From Octopus sinensis (taxonomy: Eukaryota), in the NCBI RefSeq assembly GCF_006345805.1, contig NC_042997.1, forward strand, positions 50,034,001-50,098,000: 64,000 nucleotides of DNA, in the 5' to 3' direction. A program made the position numbers and the translations under genes. The notes under the pieces are model-generated. The model made no database searches. It was not told where the DNA came from and saw nothing but the letters and a program-made list of their open reading frames with translations. The first letter of the stretch is position 1; each line of letters begins with the position of its first letter. Positions 37,721 to 51,214 of this stretch are shown piece after piece.

Positions 37721-39214
37721 TTTGTCTAGTGTCTGGCTAGTCGTAATAGATCAGATTTCTGATGAAAGACATTCCACCCATGAACACTTCAACGTATAGT
37801 ACCCACAAGACTACATGTATCGAATGTGTTTTGTTTTCAAACAGTAAGTTATAAATGAGGTCGATTTGGCTGCTATTTCTTGGCGGGGGGGGGGTCGATT
37901 AACGATGCAGACGCCCTTTCCCATTGGCTTGTTAGGCTACATGTTCAGTTGAGTGGTATGTAAATAAAGTCAGTGTTAATCAAGTGTATTATGTAAATGG
38001 TTTTAGCTTCTCTTTATTCTCGGCAACAACGTTTACACAAAATATAGAAATACAATTGATTTATAATGAATGTTCGTTAATAATTTCTAATGGCCAGTAC
38101 TAATAGCTAATACTGCTGCTAATTATTAATCGCTAAAAATAATTGCTAATATGTAACACTAACATATTTAGTAGTTAATAGCTCCTCACTAATAATAAAG
38201 TCGAAGCAGAATCCCGATTCAAACATGTTTTAATATTAGTAACCCTCTTTTCCCTTCTATCCGCAATAGAAAAAAATACTATAAATACTTTATTGTTACA
38301 CATATTTATGGGAATACAGCGTATGTTGTTGATATTATTAGCTGTTAGTGAATACATTTGCAAATTTCATACTTTACAGCGGTTGAAGCGGATTCTTATT
38401 CAGCCAAGTATTATTGGAATTGATAACATTGATTATATCAGTCAGACTTTGTTTTCAGTAACTTATAACATGTTTCAATAACCGATTAGATATTTTATGA
38501 AATTCTTCACAATTTTATTTTTCGAGAACTTCCTACGATGGAAGAAGATAGTTTCTATAAATGATCGAGATATTAGTCTTTATGAAACTGTTTTTAAAGC
38601 AAATTTATTTCCCAGTAACCAACTGATGGTCGTTCAATTGGGTTTGTAGTTTCATCAGATCGTTTGTTCTGTTTTGAAATACAAAACAATATTTGTAAAT
38701 AACATTTTACACAGCAGATAATTATTTAAGCTAAATATGGTTACATATCTATTCTTTTCTTCTTTTAATTTGTTTTGCTTGTTTCAGACACAAGATAAAT
38801 ATTTCAAGAAGTTTCATTTCAGTTCTGTAGATTAATAACAATTTACATTTGTATGTGGATAAAAAATTTATAATAGGCAGCAAAACCTTTTTGTATTTTT
38901 TTGTTTTATTTGTAAATATCGTAACTCATTATCGAAAAATATCTGTGTCAGACATCACTTATCAATTCATTTATTCATTGTTTGTTTTAAATAACTCCAC
39001 TCAATACTTCTTTGAAATGTATTCATAAATTTCCTATTGAAAGTAGGTGCTTTGAAACATTCCACTCTTGCTTTAGGTCGCCATTGTATATTAATGCACC
39101 ACAGCAACAGACTTACAAATTTCGTGACCATTGGTCGCTTCAAAGCTGAAAATATTTGGATAGAATTTTACAAACGGAAATATCTTTGTTTCATCATAAT
39201 TGATATTTTAACGA

Positions 39215-39625
39215 AGGAAGGCGGCAGACTGGCAGAGTCATTAGAAAATTTTGAAAAAATGCTTTGCGGTATTTATTTCAATATTTTAATGTCTAAATTC
39301 AAATCTCACCGATATCAACTTTGCCTGTCATCCTATCCGGGTCGATAAAAATAAAATACTAGTCAAGTACTGGGGTTGAGGGTATCGACTAACCCCTTCT
39401 CTTAAAATTGTTGGCCTTGTGCTTATATCGAAAACCTTTATTTTAACATAGGCGAAGGCAGCAGAGAGATAAGAAAGAATGCTTTTCAAATCCAAATGTT
39501 GTTGGTCTTTGCCTTCCATACATCTGGGATCGATAAAATAAAGTACCAATTAAGTCCTGGTGTCGATATAATCGACTAACACCTTCCCCTAAAAAGTTGC
39601 TGGCTTTGTTGCTCATTTTAGCAAG
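39215..39625 (+). mobile_element. Two degenerate SINE B copies
   Basis: GGCGGCAGACTGGCAGAG..TTTGCCTGTCATCC..GTCGATAAAA; second core GCCTTCCAT..GATCGATAAAATAAGTACC. Confidence 0.7.
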
Positions 39626-41112
39626 GACAATTAGGAACAGAATCAGTAGATTGCAGGGCAAAACGTTTTAGGCACAACGCTTGTTATATAATCAAACCTA
39701 TTTGTAGCATGGTTGAATCAACCTCATGGAGATTCACTCATTAGTTGCTCAACCAACCTGCTCTAACTCCCTAAGTAGATGCTAAACAACAACATCATTT
39801 CTTTTAAAAATTAATTAATATATTCTATCTCATATGAAAGATTCTATATAACCAAGCGTTCATCTTTTTCTTCGCTCACATCTGTAATAAAAAAACAGTG
39901 AAAAATACATTGATTTCAGAATATCATTGATACATAAGTGCTCTATAATATGTACCAACCTACTTAATACCGAATACACAATGGCATGGCTTATATGTTT
40001 CATAAAAACAAGATTTCTGTTTCATTTTAAGTTGTGCAATATGTAATGTTTTTTAATAAAATCTCTTTTCATAAAATTTTAAATATATAAACTATTGTCA
40101 TTTCCTTGTTTTTATAAAGTTTTTCGGAATACTAAAGCTTAGGATGGAAGATTGCTAAGATTTTTTTATTAATAAGTTTCCAAGATTTAATTCAATTTTA
40201 GATTTGCCTTCTCCCCCGCCTCCAGTGTTTCGTATGATATTTCAGTTATAAACAGACTGATTTTAGTTTCGTTTGTAAACTTTTCTCTTTGAATGTAACA
40301 TTACAATGTAATATGGTATATTCATTTTATTTCAAAGACAATACACACAAATATAGTTTTATATATTTCATAAAAACAAAAACAACAGAAACTTGGCAAT
40401 TTATGTGATTCTCTGCTCTACAGACTTACCGTATGAAGTAGAATTTGAATGAAATTTATAAATATCCATGAGGACGATGCATTTGCAGGACCAGTAGGGT
40501 GATGAACAAATTTCCATTCAGTATTTCACGTTATTTGTTCAGATTTCGCTGACGCTGATCAAACTTTTCAACCACTTTTGGGGTCAGTAAATTTCCAAGA
40601 TTGAATTGATTGGTTAAGTCCCTCGCACAAATGTGGGGTTTTGTGCCACACAAATGTGACCTCTCAGATATAAGGTGAGAAATTGGTAGCGCAACTTTGC
40701 ATTTAGGGAAATTATGTTGCTTGAGATGTGATTCTCAAGCTAACGGCGAATCTCTATGTGGTCTCTCGACATGCTAGCAATAGCATCCAAATTCCACCTA
40801 AACCACACTTTCGTAGACGTTAAAGGAGACGTTATGTAATGAAGTGTTGGGTACACTGTATCTAAACATTTTATGGGACGTTGATTGCTTGATTAGAGAT
40901 GACTTAAAGTTCACTAACAACAATGACACCATTTCATTTTCGTCATCTTTTGCCAATGGACTTTTATATAAATTGTCGGAGATTTATAATATTCTGGTTC
41001 TGGTGATTGTGTTGGTGTTCTTTGGCTCCAGAACAGCCCTGAGTAAGCAAACTTATGCTCGCAGGTATTCGTACTATGACCATTCAGTACTATCTTTATT
41101 ATTATTATTATT

Positions 41113-41720
41113 ATTGGCAGAAACGTTAGCACGTCGGGCGAAATGCTTAGTGGTATTTCGTCTGCCGCTACGTTCTGAGTTCAAATTCTGCCGAGGTCGA
41201 CTTTGCCTTTCATCCTTTCAGGGGTCAATAAAATAAGTACCAGTGAAACACTGGGGTCGATCTAATCGACTATCCCCCTCCTCAAAATTTCAAGCCTTGT
41301 GCTTATAATAGAAATGATCATTATTGGTGTTATTGTTGTTGTTGTTGGTGGTGGTTTAAAACATCTTGGGCTGCATTAACCAAAGCCCTTTATAAAATGG
41401 CTGAGTGTGGTTAGAAGGAGATTTGGTTGTTCGTTGGTTCGCGATGGTTGTGGTGGTGTTAGTAGTGGTATTGGTGAATGTGAAAGGCGGTGAGCTGGCA
41501 GAAACGTTAGCACACCGGGCGAAATGCTTTGCGGTATTTCGTCTGCCGCTACGTTCTGAGTTCAAATTCCTCCGAGGTCGACTTTGCCTTTCATCCTTTC
41601 GAGGTCGATAAATTAAGTATCAGTTACGCACTGGGGTCGATGTAATCGACTTAATACCTATGTCTGTCCTTGTTTGTCCCCTCTATGTTTAGCCCCTTGT
41701 GGGTAATAAAGAAATAGGTA
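41113..41720 (+). mobile_element. Two SINE B copies (41113-41325; 41487-41720)
   Basis: Near-consensus GGCAGAAACGTTAGCAC..GGTATTTCGTCTGCCGCTACGTTCTGAGTTCAAATT; two alternative tails. Confidence 0.92.
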
Positions 41721-42189
41721 TTGGTGTTATATAGTGTTATTATTAGTAGAAAGTACGGGAGGTGTAAATAGCATTGATGGCAGTGGTTAGTGTTCATGCT
41801 GGTAGTAGTGCTGGCGATGATGGTATTGATATTGATGATAGCGGTACTAGGGGTGCAGTTGGTGATAATAGTGATGGTAATAAGTTATTTTTGTAATGAT
41901 GGTGGGGGTGTTGTTGTTGTTGGTGGTGATGGCTAGAAGTTATAGATCTGGAGGTGCTGAACGTTTGAGACGGCGATGGTTCAGAAGAAATTTCTGGTTA
42001 GGTGCCGGTAATGCCAGTGATGATCGCGATTCTGATTTTTTAGGAAACCACTAACGCCATTATGGGTTCAAGAGTAAATAACAGAGCAATTCATCTGGTA
42101 CCCATGATTCTCCATATGAACAGCCATGATACGAGCTTAGCTTTGCCAACGAATGAAACTTAGGTTTAAGTGTTGTTATTTGTTCCTTC

Positions 42190-42476
42190 CTGAGCCATGC
42201 CTGGCTCATAAGGGCCGGTTTCCCGGTTTCATTGGCGTATAGGTTCCCCACCTGGACGAGAAGCCGGTTCGTCGCAGGTGAGTTGCTAGATGCAGGAAGA
42301 AAGAGTGAGAGAAAGTTGTGCCGAAAGAGTCAGCAGAAGTTCGCCATTACCTTCTGCCGGAGCCGCGTGGAGCTTAGGTGTTTCGCTCATAAACACACAC
42401 GTCGCCCATTCTGAGATTCGAACCCGCGATCCCTCGACCGCGCGTCCAGTGCTCTAACCACTAGGCCACGTGCCTA
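42190..42476 (-). mobile_element. tRNA-derived SINE, head D + V-like tail
   Basis: Head as at 48528; tail GAAACCGGGAAACCGGCCC.TATGAGCC as at 17193 and 34880. Confidence 0.85.
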
Positions 42477-43093
42477 GTGTTTAACTGTACGTTAGTCTTA
42501 TAGGTTGTATCCTTGAGATAGCCGTAACGTATCCATTACATACGTACGACGATGAATCATAAAATATCCGCAATACCTGGAAGTCAACGACTCTGCTCAT
42601 GTTTTTGTCCAACTAATTTTCCCGTCATTCGGAAATAAATTATAAGTGCATTGAATCTAATTAATGAATCATCCTTGAATGCATTCCCAGCTAAATATTG
42701 AGTACAGCTTTGGTTATAGAATACAACAATCTCGTAACGCAACCACGCCTCTCTTGGAAAATATTATAGGGAAGCAAATATGGGTTCCAGCTCCAATCTA
42801 TTAATTGACTGTTTTAGTACTTGTTTATCCCGCCAGCCATTTATTAATCTATCAGATCATTCAAATATAACAGCATTTTGCTTTTTACCATTTTGCTAAC
42901 TTGTGAATTCGATCAGGCGTGTATTACGAAAGACACACAAATAATTTATTGATTTGGGATTGTGGTCGAGGAAATCAAAGAAATATATGTGTGTGTGTAT
43001 GTGTGTGTGTGTATGTGTGTGTGTGTGTGTGTATTGATATATATGACCAGAGAAATAATATTTATATATATATATATATATATATAATATAAT

Positions 43094-43268
43094 CATGTTG
43101 TGTGGTAAGTAGCTTGCTTACCAAGCACATGGTTCCGGGTTCAGTCCCACTGCGTGGAACCTTGGGCAAGTGTCTTCTACTATAAGCCTCGGGCCGACCA
43201 AAGCCTTGTGAGTGGATTTGGTACACTGAACTGAAAGAAGCCCGTCGCGTATATGTATATGTATATAT

Positions 43269-43311
<43 letters not shown>

Positions 43312-43315
43312 CATA

Positions 43316-43372
<57 letters not shown>

Positions 43373-43600
43373 ATATGTGTGTGTATGTTTGTGTGTTTGT
43401 GGTTTGTCCCCCACTCCCATCGCTTGACAACCGATGATAGTGTGTTCACGCCCCTGTAACTTAGCGGTTCGGCAAAAAGACATCAATAGAATAAGTACTA
43501 GGCTTACGAAGAATAAGTCCTGGAGTCGAGTTGTTCGATTAAAAGCGTAGCTCAAGCATGACCGCAGTTAAATGACTGAAACAAACAAAAGAATAAAAGA
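43094..43600 (+). mobile_element. Full SINE family A with internal (TA)/(TG) microsatellite
   Basis: tRNA-like head, internal repeat 43255-43395, tail ..GCATGACCGCAGTTAAATGACTGAAAC. Confidence 0.92.
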
Positions 43601-44539
43601 AATATATATATCAAACAAACGTTAAATTCTCTCCAGATATTGAGAAAACCATTATTGTTTTTATTTTTACAGTTATTTGACGTCACTATAACATCACAAT
43701 GACGGCAGTAACAACAATAACAATAAAAACAACAACAGCAACAACAACAACAATAATGCCTTTTTCATCGATTATTTTACACGGATGGAAAGGGTGGTGG
43801 ATGTGAGGCGGAAATGGTTGAATGCCGGACGAAGTGAATTGTAGCCAATCGTTATGATTTTTGCATTCTGTGTTTGACTCTTTGGTATGCAACGGGAGGA
43901 GGCAACAGTATGATACAAGGCATTTTGTTCGCTACACTACTTACTCTGCCATCTAGAGAAGAAGTGGATTAAAGACGAAAATTGAATAGAAAGAAGAATC
44001 GGGGGAAGAGACAAAGGAAAAGAAATTGACGAAGATACCAAAGATTAAAAATGAAATGAAGTGACAGTTGCAGATAACGGCTTTTTCTAATACCAAGACC
44101 AATTAACGCAGAGCAAATATTGTGAGAAGTATAATATAATAACTATTACAAGCAGTACATAAATGCAAATAAGCCATGAACAGATCTGAGCTCAGGTCGC
44201 AAAGACCCGGAGCAAAATATTGCAAACCATCTGAGTTGGCTTTCCTACACTTCCGTTAATGCATCACCGGGATTGGTGATTATTCTATTGGCTGCAAAAG
44301 AACGGAATGCAAAGTTAACCGGCGGGGTCTTGGGTGTAAAAGATCGCAACAAATGCCGCATGAATTTGTATCTGCCGCTAAAAGACTAGCTGCCAATTCG
44401 CAGCCTGATACAATGCAATGGAAGTCAATAGAATAAAATACAATACCGTTTGTGGAATGTGGATGAAGTGAAAGGGCCCAGGGCATTTGCAGATTCCCCG
44501 AGACCGGTGGCTTGAATTCATATTAATGTTTCTTTTAAT

Positions 44540-44990
44540 TAACACTTGCAGGTAAGACATGACTACAGAGAAGATTCTAGAAGGCCGATACTCTGGGAAG
44601 GAAGGGCTGGTAATTATGGTTAGTGCAGAGCCGCGATGGTGGTGGACGCTACAAGGGTGGAGAGATGGATAGATGAGTGGGTCAGAATGTAGGTACGAGA
44701 CCGGCCACCTTCGAAGGACAGAGCCCATTACAGTAGCGATGGAAAAGACAGAGTATAGAGGGTAGCTTAACTGGGAGTCGGAAACTACAGCATGTCAGTG
44801 ATTGAATGTTAATCAGTCGAGCGGCCCTTCTCTCGATGAGGACCAGGATGTTTGCGTGTGTAGCAACAGCACCGTTTCAGATGTGGGAACGATACTCCAT
44901 TGTAGGCTTTGCTTGAGTATTTTAGAATTGTTGGAGGTTAAGCTATTGGCTTTGAAGAGAATAAAAGCCAGTCTTTGGGGTGCAGTCCTA
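44540..44990 (-). pseudogene. Degenerate CR1/L2-group LINE RT C-terminal fragment
   Basis: Minus strand: PTMEYRSHI*NGA..THANIL.LIERRAARLI, then CNGLC and TNHN..FLPR.SA; stops present. Confidence 0.7.
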
Positions 44991-45194
44991 ACAATGCTAA
45001 TGTTGTGCTTCGGCGATATTAATGGAATTACCGCAAAATGATCTGCACTACAAACAACACATCGTAACAGAATACAACACCATATAAAATAACACAAAAT
45101 GTACTTCAATATGATTACATCACAACCTAATATAACACTTCAACAACTGAAAACAATGATTCAAATGATACAAAAATCAAAAACTGTTAATCTG

Positions 45195-45285
45195 AAAGAG
45201 GGAGAGAGAGGATAGAGGGAGAGAGGAAGGGGAGAGAAGAAGGGGAGAGAGGATGAGAGAGAGTGGAGAGAGGATGAGAGAGACA
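45195..45285. repeat. (GA)-rich run
   Basis: Direct reading. Confidence 0.85.
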
Positions 45286-45574
45286 ACAGTTGGAATTGAT
45301 CATCAAAGGGTTACCAAGATTGGTGGTACAGTTCATTCTTAGGGATCTACCAACCGTAAATAAGACCAATAAATTTATGGAAATCACAAAATGACATAAC
45401 AGAAACATTCCGCTGTCCTTTGACCTCCGCTATTTTCTTCCTATTTTTTCTTTTTACTTCGTTGTCCTTTTGTTCTTTTCTCCTTGCGTGTAAGGAGTAT
45501 TGTATAACCGTTTTTTTAGTCTGTCATGGTATCGTGGCTTCACCCAGACGCTTAAATTGATTAAATATTATAAA

Positions 45575-46150
45575 TAAATACAGCACACTGCAATACAGAG
45601 AAGTACAACTCAACACGGAAGACAACTATACAACAATACAAGACAATGTAACAGAACGGAATGCAGCACAGTAATATGGTTCAGTAGACAACGCAATAGA
45701 TTATAATAGAGTCTAACACATTACCCAATAATACGTTATAACACAATAGAATACTAAAGACTTGAATACAAGAAGAGATTGCACCACAGAGCAGAATACA
45801 ACTGAATAAAATAGAGAACAATATGGTGTATTAAAATACAATATAACAGAAAGTATCAATAGAACGAACAATATATAATACACTACAATACAAAACTATT
45901 TAATAGCATTTATACACCACAATGGAAGACAATTGAATACAATACAGTCCCGTACTATGTTATACAATACTTCATAGTAAGATAAAATGCTATACAGTGT
46001 ATGACAATACTATATAGTATGCATTATACATTACACTATAATACAAAACTTTACAATATTACACAATACTAAACAATATGTTACACTACAATATTATACT
46101 ATATAAACTGTACAATGCAATATAATACAATACTCTTCAATATAATACGA
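45575..46150. repeat. Ancient degenerate (AATAC)n-like low-complexity tract
   Basis: Recurrent AATAC/TACAA 5-mers. Confidence 0.6.
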
Positions 46151-46157
46151 TGCTATT

Positions 46158-46740
46158 CGACGGCGACCTGGCAGAAACGTTAGCATGCCGGGCGAAATGC
46201 TTGGCGGTATTTTCATCTGCCGCTACGTTCTGAGTTCAAATTTCGCCGAGGTCGACTTTGCCCTTCATCCTTTCGGGGTCGATAAATTAAGAACCAGTTA
46301 CGCACTGGGGTCGATGTAAGCGACTTAATCCATTTGTCTGCCCTTGTTTGTCCTCTCTGTGTTTAGCCCCTTATGGGTAGTAAAGAAATAGGTATTTCGT
46401 CTACTGCTACGTTCTGAGTTCAAATTCCGCCGAGGTCAACTTCGCCTGTCATCCTTTCGGGGTCGATTAAATAAGTACCAGTTACGCACTGGGGTCGATA
46501 TAATCGACTTAATCCGTTTATCTCTCCTTGTTTGTCCCCTCTGTGTTTAACCCCTTGTGGGTAGTAAAAAAAATAGGTATTTCGCCTGCCGCTACGTTCT
46601 GAGTTCAAATTCCGCCGAGGTCAACTTTGCTTTTCATCCTTTCGGGGTCGATAAATTTAGTGCCAGTTGCATACTGGGGTCGATCTAATCGACTGGCCCC
46701 CTCCCCCAAAATTTCGGGCCTTGTGCGTAGAGGAGAAAGG
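46158..46740 (+). mobile_element. SINE family B tandem trimer
   Basis: GGTATT junction at 46206, 46391 and 46576 (185-bp period); last unit ends with the alternative tail. Confidence 0.92.
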
Positions 46741-46754
46741 AATCAGTACACCAA

Positions 46755-47190
46755 GCAAAATGCTGAGCGGTATTTCGTCTGTTTTTACGTTCTGAACTCA
46801 GATCCAGTCCGGATCGACTTAACCTTTAATCCATTTCCGGGTCGATCAAATAAGTACCATTTGAGCACTGAATGTGACAAGGCAAGCGATTTGAAATACA
46901 GGTAGTGCTCATTTTTACCTACCGAGTCGATGTAAAAGCAAGTGTCTTGCGAAAGAGTACGCATCGCGCCGCCGGGATTCGAACACTCGTAACCTGAATA
47001 CGCCAACCACTAAGCCACGTTTCTTCATATTCGACAGAAATACTTTGGCAGCGAGGTAGCAGAGTCAATTGAATGTGGCAGAGAATGTCTCGCAGTATTT
47101 GGTTTGGTGTCCTGCGCAGTGAAATAAAATACCACTAAGGCCGATTGTGCTTTTCATCACTTCCAAGTCGATAAAGTATCAGTCAAGTGC
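46755..47190. mobile_element. Degenerate SINE pieces (B on +, head C on - at 46870-47025, B on +)
   Basis: Motif matches to the families above. Confidence 0.55.
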
Positions 47191-47247
47191 TGATGTAGCT
47201 TCTTTTCTCCCTCTCTGTCTCCCTCATCTGTCTCCTCTGTCTGTCTT

Positions 47248-47313
<66 letters not shown>

Positions 47314-47769
47314 TTCTCTCTCTCAGCTTGCGTTCTCGAAGGAGTCCAGAGAGGAGCGTTCCCGTCACACCACGACCTTTTCCCCCTTTCACCACCACTT
47401 TGTTGGTTCATTATAAAAAAGGAAGAACTACATGTGTCGTACTTTTGTTTGGGACAGATTCAAAACCCTTTTAGACTCTAAAGATGAAAAGTCCAGTAAT
47501 ATCTATTAGCAACACCAAGAGGCATTCTCTTATTGGATTTGGGTGCAAAATACACTCTTGAATATATTATTCATATCGCTAGCAGGAAGATAAATCCCCG
47601 ACACCTCCAGAGTCGAGACCACCAGATCATAAAATTTCGACCTTCCTTGGCCATGTCAATGATAGACGCTCGAACGCTAGAAATAGCAGCGATATATAGA
47701 ATAACAGTGCCAGAACAGGCAGTATTTTATGTCCAGTATTTTGTGCTTCAATTGCATCATCTTTATATA

Positions 47770-48338
47770 TTGAGTTGTCCGGAAAGTTCGTGCCGATTTA
47801 TAGTAGCTTACCTTTCGACTTATTTTAGAACATGGTTGAGCCCATAAAATAGGATTTGACTACACCTCCATTTAGAGCACAGTTTAAGCTATCTTTTCAT
47901 GGAAGAACGTTTATGAGCCCTATAACCTGTGTTAATTCTGTAACCCTTTAAAACAGAAGATAAGAAAGTTCATTTTCGGCACTTGATGCTTTGGAAACCA
48001 GACAAAAATTGCTGCAGCTTGGCTGGGGTGTGTTACCCCAGCTTCCATATTCACCAGATATTGCTCCTTCGGATTTCCACTTATTCAGGTCTCTGAAGAA
48101 TAGTCTTAATGGTAAAAATTTCAATTCCTTGGATAACGTAAAAAGATACCTTGATGAATTCTTTGCCATGAATCCACCTCAAATCTGGGAAGAGGGTATT
48201 TTCAAGTTATAGGAAAGATGGAGACTCATTGTGCAACAAAATGGTTCATATTTGGCTGATTAAAAATGTAATGGCAAGTATTTATTGACCTTTTTTTTTT
48301 GCCTTTAAAAATCGGCACGAACTTTCCGGACAACCCAA
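47770..48338 (+). mobile_element. Internally deleted mariner element (569 bp)
   Basis: 30-bp TIRs TTG(A/G)GTTGTCCGGAAAGTTCGTGCCGATTT, TA TSD on both sides; N-terminal EDKKVHFRHLMLW joined to PYSPDIAPSDFHLFRSL..GIFKL*. Confidence 0.95.
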
Positions 48339-48527
48339 TACTAAAGCCTCATTTAGCATCGGAAGTAAACACATCATCATTATCGCAGTGTTTCTAACAC
48401 TCAGAACAGTGATTATCACCTCTCTACATTGACAGTGTATTTTAGCATCTAGACAAGTATGGTATTGCTGTTGTTGTTGTTGTTCTTAAAGCTTTGGTTC
48501 TCTTCTTAACCATTTTCTTACTAACGT

Positions 48528-48745
48528 AGAGGCGCAATGGCCTAGTGGTTAGGGCAGCGGACTCGCGGTCGCAGGATCGCGGTTTCGATTCTCAGACTGG
48601 GCGTTGTGTGTGTTTATTGAGCGAAAACACCTAAAAGCTCTACGAGGCTCCGGCAGGGGGTGGTGATCCCTGCTGTACTCTTTCACCACAATGGCGGTGC
48701 CCCAGCATGGCCACAGCTCAAGAGCTGAAACTGGAAAAACAAAAC
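48528..48745 (+). mobile_element. tRNA-derived SINE, head D + CR1-type tail
   Basis: Head D followed by GGCGGTGCCCCAGCATGGCCACAGCTCAAGAGCTGAAACT. Confidence 0.88.
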
Positions 48746-48875
48746 AGCCAGCAATTTATTGAATTATGCTGCTGTTGTGCTACAGGTGTTGTCACCTATG
48801 TTGCTGCTGTTGTTATAAATGACTGTCAGCTGTTGTTGTGAATGATTGTTACCGATGCTATGCTGCTTGCTGCCT

Positions 48876-48949
<74 letters not shown>

Positions 48950-48978
48950 GCTACTACTACTACTACTACTACTACTAC
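48876..48978. repeat. (CTA)n
   Basis: Direct reading. Confidence 0.95.
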
Positions 48979-49134
48979 CAGTTTTAAGTTGGTTACTACA
49001 CACGCAAGCATCCTCATGCGTCTGGACATATTCGTCCAATTGCATTCCAGATTGCCTACAACATACTCATAACGGATAAAGATTCATATAACTACATAAC
49101 CGGACAGCAGTCATACAGACGTATCTTTTATCGT

Positions 49135-49325
49135 TTACCTTTTGCTTGTTTCAGTCGCTAGACCACGGCCATGCTGGAGCATCACCTCGAAGAGTTTTTA
49201 GAAGAATGGATCGACCCCAGGGCTTTCTTTTTTTAAGGCCTGCTACTTATTCTTTCGGGCTCCATTGCTGATCCGCTAAGTTACTGAAACTTAAAAACAT
49301 CAACGCCGTTGTCAAGCGGTGGTGG
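49135..49325 (-). mobile_element. SINE family A 3' half
   Basis: TGTTTCAGTC..CGGCCATGCTGGAGCA..CCGCTAAGTTAC..GTTGTCAAGCG. Confidence 0.8.
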
Positions 49326-49326
49326 G

Positions 49327-49328
<2 letters not shown>

Positions 49329-49367
<39 letters not shown>

Positions 49368-49369
49368 TA

Positions 49370-49412
<43 letters not shown>

Positions 49413-49750
49413 TATATATATATGTATGTATGTATGTACATACGTACATACATACATACATACACACATAATATATATACATACATACACACACACACAC
49501 ATATATATATATAACTTTCCAGATGTTTATAATTTAAGTATATCTGAGCACATCTAGACATGCAAGTATATGCATGAGAATACATACATAAGACAAAACA
49601 TGCAAATCTGCACATATATACATAAATACATACATACAAACATTCATACATAGATACATACATACATACATACATACATACATACATACATACATACATA
49701 CATACATACATACATACATACATACATGCATACATACATACATACGTACG
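49329..49750. repeat. (TA)n, (CA)n and (CATA)n blocks
   Basis: Direct reading. Confidence 0.9.
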
Positions 49751-49856
49751 TACTCTGTCGATGTTGTTGAAATTCCAATGAAGGAGCCTTGGATCTAGGT
49801 TAGAAACCGGTTTTTTCTCTATTGGCAAGAAATCTTGAAATAAAACTGAATAATGA
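49751..49856 (+). mobile_element. Solo 3' terminus of the (CATA)n-associated RT+REL family
   Basis: AGAAACCGG..CTCTATTGGCAAGAAATCTTGAAATAA(A)ACTGAA matches the 3' end of 27222-28340; CATA repeats on both sides. Confidence 0.85.
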
Positions 49857-49867
49857 CATACATACAG

Positions 49868-50070
49868 TACTCTCTCTTTTACTCTTTTACTTGTTTCAGT
49901 CATCTGACTGTGGCCATGCTGGAGCACCGCCTTTAGTCGAGTAAATCGACCCCGGGACTTATTCTTTGTAAGACCAGTACTTATTCTATCGGTCTCTTTT
50001 TTGCCGAACCGCTAAGTGACGGGGACGTAAACACACCAGCATCGGTTGTCAAGCAATGCTAGGGTGACAA

Positions 50071-50115
<45 letters not shown>

Positions 50116-50270
50116 CGACAGGCTTTTTTCAGTCTGCCAAATCCACTTACAAGGCTTTGGTCGGCCCGGGGCTATAGCAGAAGACACTTGCCCAAGATGC
50201 CACGCAGTAGGACTGAACCCGGAACCATGTGGTTGGTTAGCAAGCTACTTACCACACAGCCACTCCTCCG
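49868..50270 (-). mobile_element. Full SINE family A
   Basis: Matches 43094-43600. Confidence 0.92.
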
Positions 50271-50654
50271 CCTATAATTTTACATGTCTCAGTAAGTTCA
50301 TTGCCGTCAGTTATACATTCACGTTCTGAATTCTCCCACATCCATCCCACTCTCACGGCTGTGGAGTCAATTTAATTTCAATTCAATTCTTACAGGTTGC
50401 CAAAGAAAGACAAATAAAACCATAAAAGATAAATTTGTTTAATGCATAGTGTAAGCATTGAATACAAAGATAACCTTTTTTTTATTCAGTTTAAACAATT
50501 AACCTACATCATGTAGCTATGTTACCACAAAGTCTGTGCCGTTTCAGTGACTTATCAAATACAATAGATTAGATAATTGAATTAATGTATCTTATTTATT
50601 GATAAGTTTTATAAGATTTATCACTAACCATTATATTTAATTTTGATTTCAAAG

Positions 50655-50858
50655 TTTGGCACAAAGCCAGTAATTTAAGTAAAGGGAATAAGTCGATTAC
50701 ATTGACCTCAAAGCTCAACTGGTACTTAATTTATCGCCCCCGAATGGATGAAAAGCAAGGTCGACCTCGGCGAAATTTGAACTTTGATCGTAAAGACGGA
50801 CGAAATGTCGGTAAACATCTTGTCCGACGTGCTAGCGATTCTGCCAGCTCGCCGCCTT
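50655..50858 (-). mobile_element. SINE family B
   Basis: Core GTCGACCTCGGCGAAATTTGAACT and head CTGCCAGCTCGCCGCC. Confidence 0.85.
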
Positions 50859-51013
50859 TATTATATTTAATATGAAAAAGGGAACTAGATTTACTTTATC
50901 CAACTGTATACAAAAGTTATTAAGTATTGAAACTAAAACGATATAGGATCTCATGCTTAGGGTGAAAAATCATAAAATTTAAGACCGACATGTCCATATA
51001 CAATTGCGTAGAC

Positions 51014-51214
51014 CAGTGGTTTTCAACCAGGGTTCCGCCAGTACAGTCCAGGGGTTCCGCAAGAAGTTACAAAACTGCTAAAATCGGCAGTAATTTTTAA
51101 TTCTCCTGTGCAGATATGTGTGCATAAGACTATTAAATTATTGCACAGGGGTTCCTCGAGCCAGTGGAATGTTTCCTTAGGATTCTGCTCCAGCAAAAAG
51201 TTTGAAAAGCACTA
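51014..51214. mobile_element. hAT-type MITE (201 bp)
   Basis: TIR CAGTGGTTTTCAA / TTGAAAAGCACTA; 8-bp TSD GCGTAGAC / GTGTAGAC. Confidence 0.85.

Noticed and set aside
40420-40560. Possible exon: minus-strand GTAAGT donor at ~40428 and plus-strand pyrimidine-CAG acceptor at ~40414
   Set aside because: All frames hit stops before a compatible partner splice site
48528-48605. tRNA-like sequences (also 11640-11698, 35040-35125, 42400-42476, 61100-61182)
   Set aside because: A/B boxes are present but the acceptor stems do not pair and each continues into a SINE body
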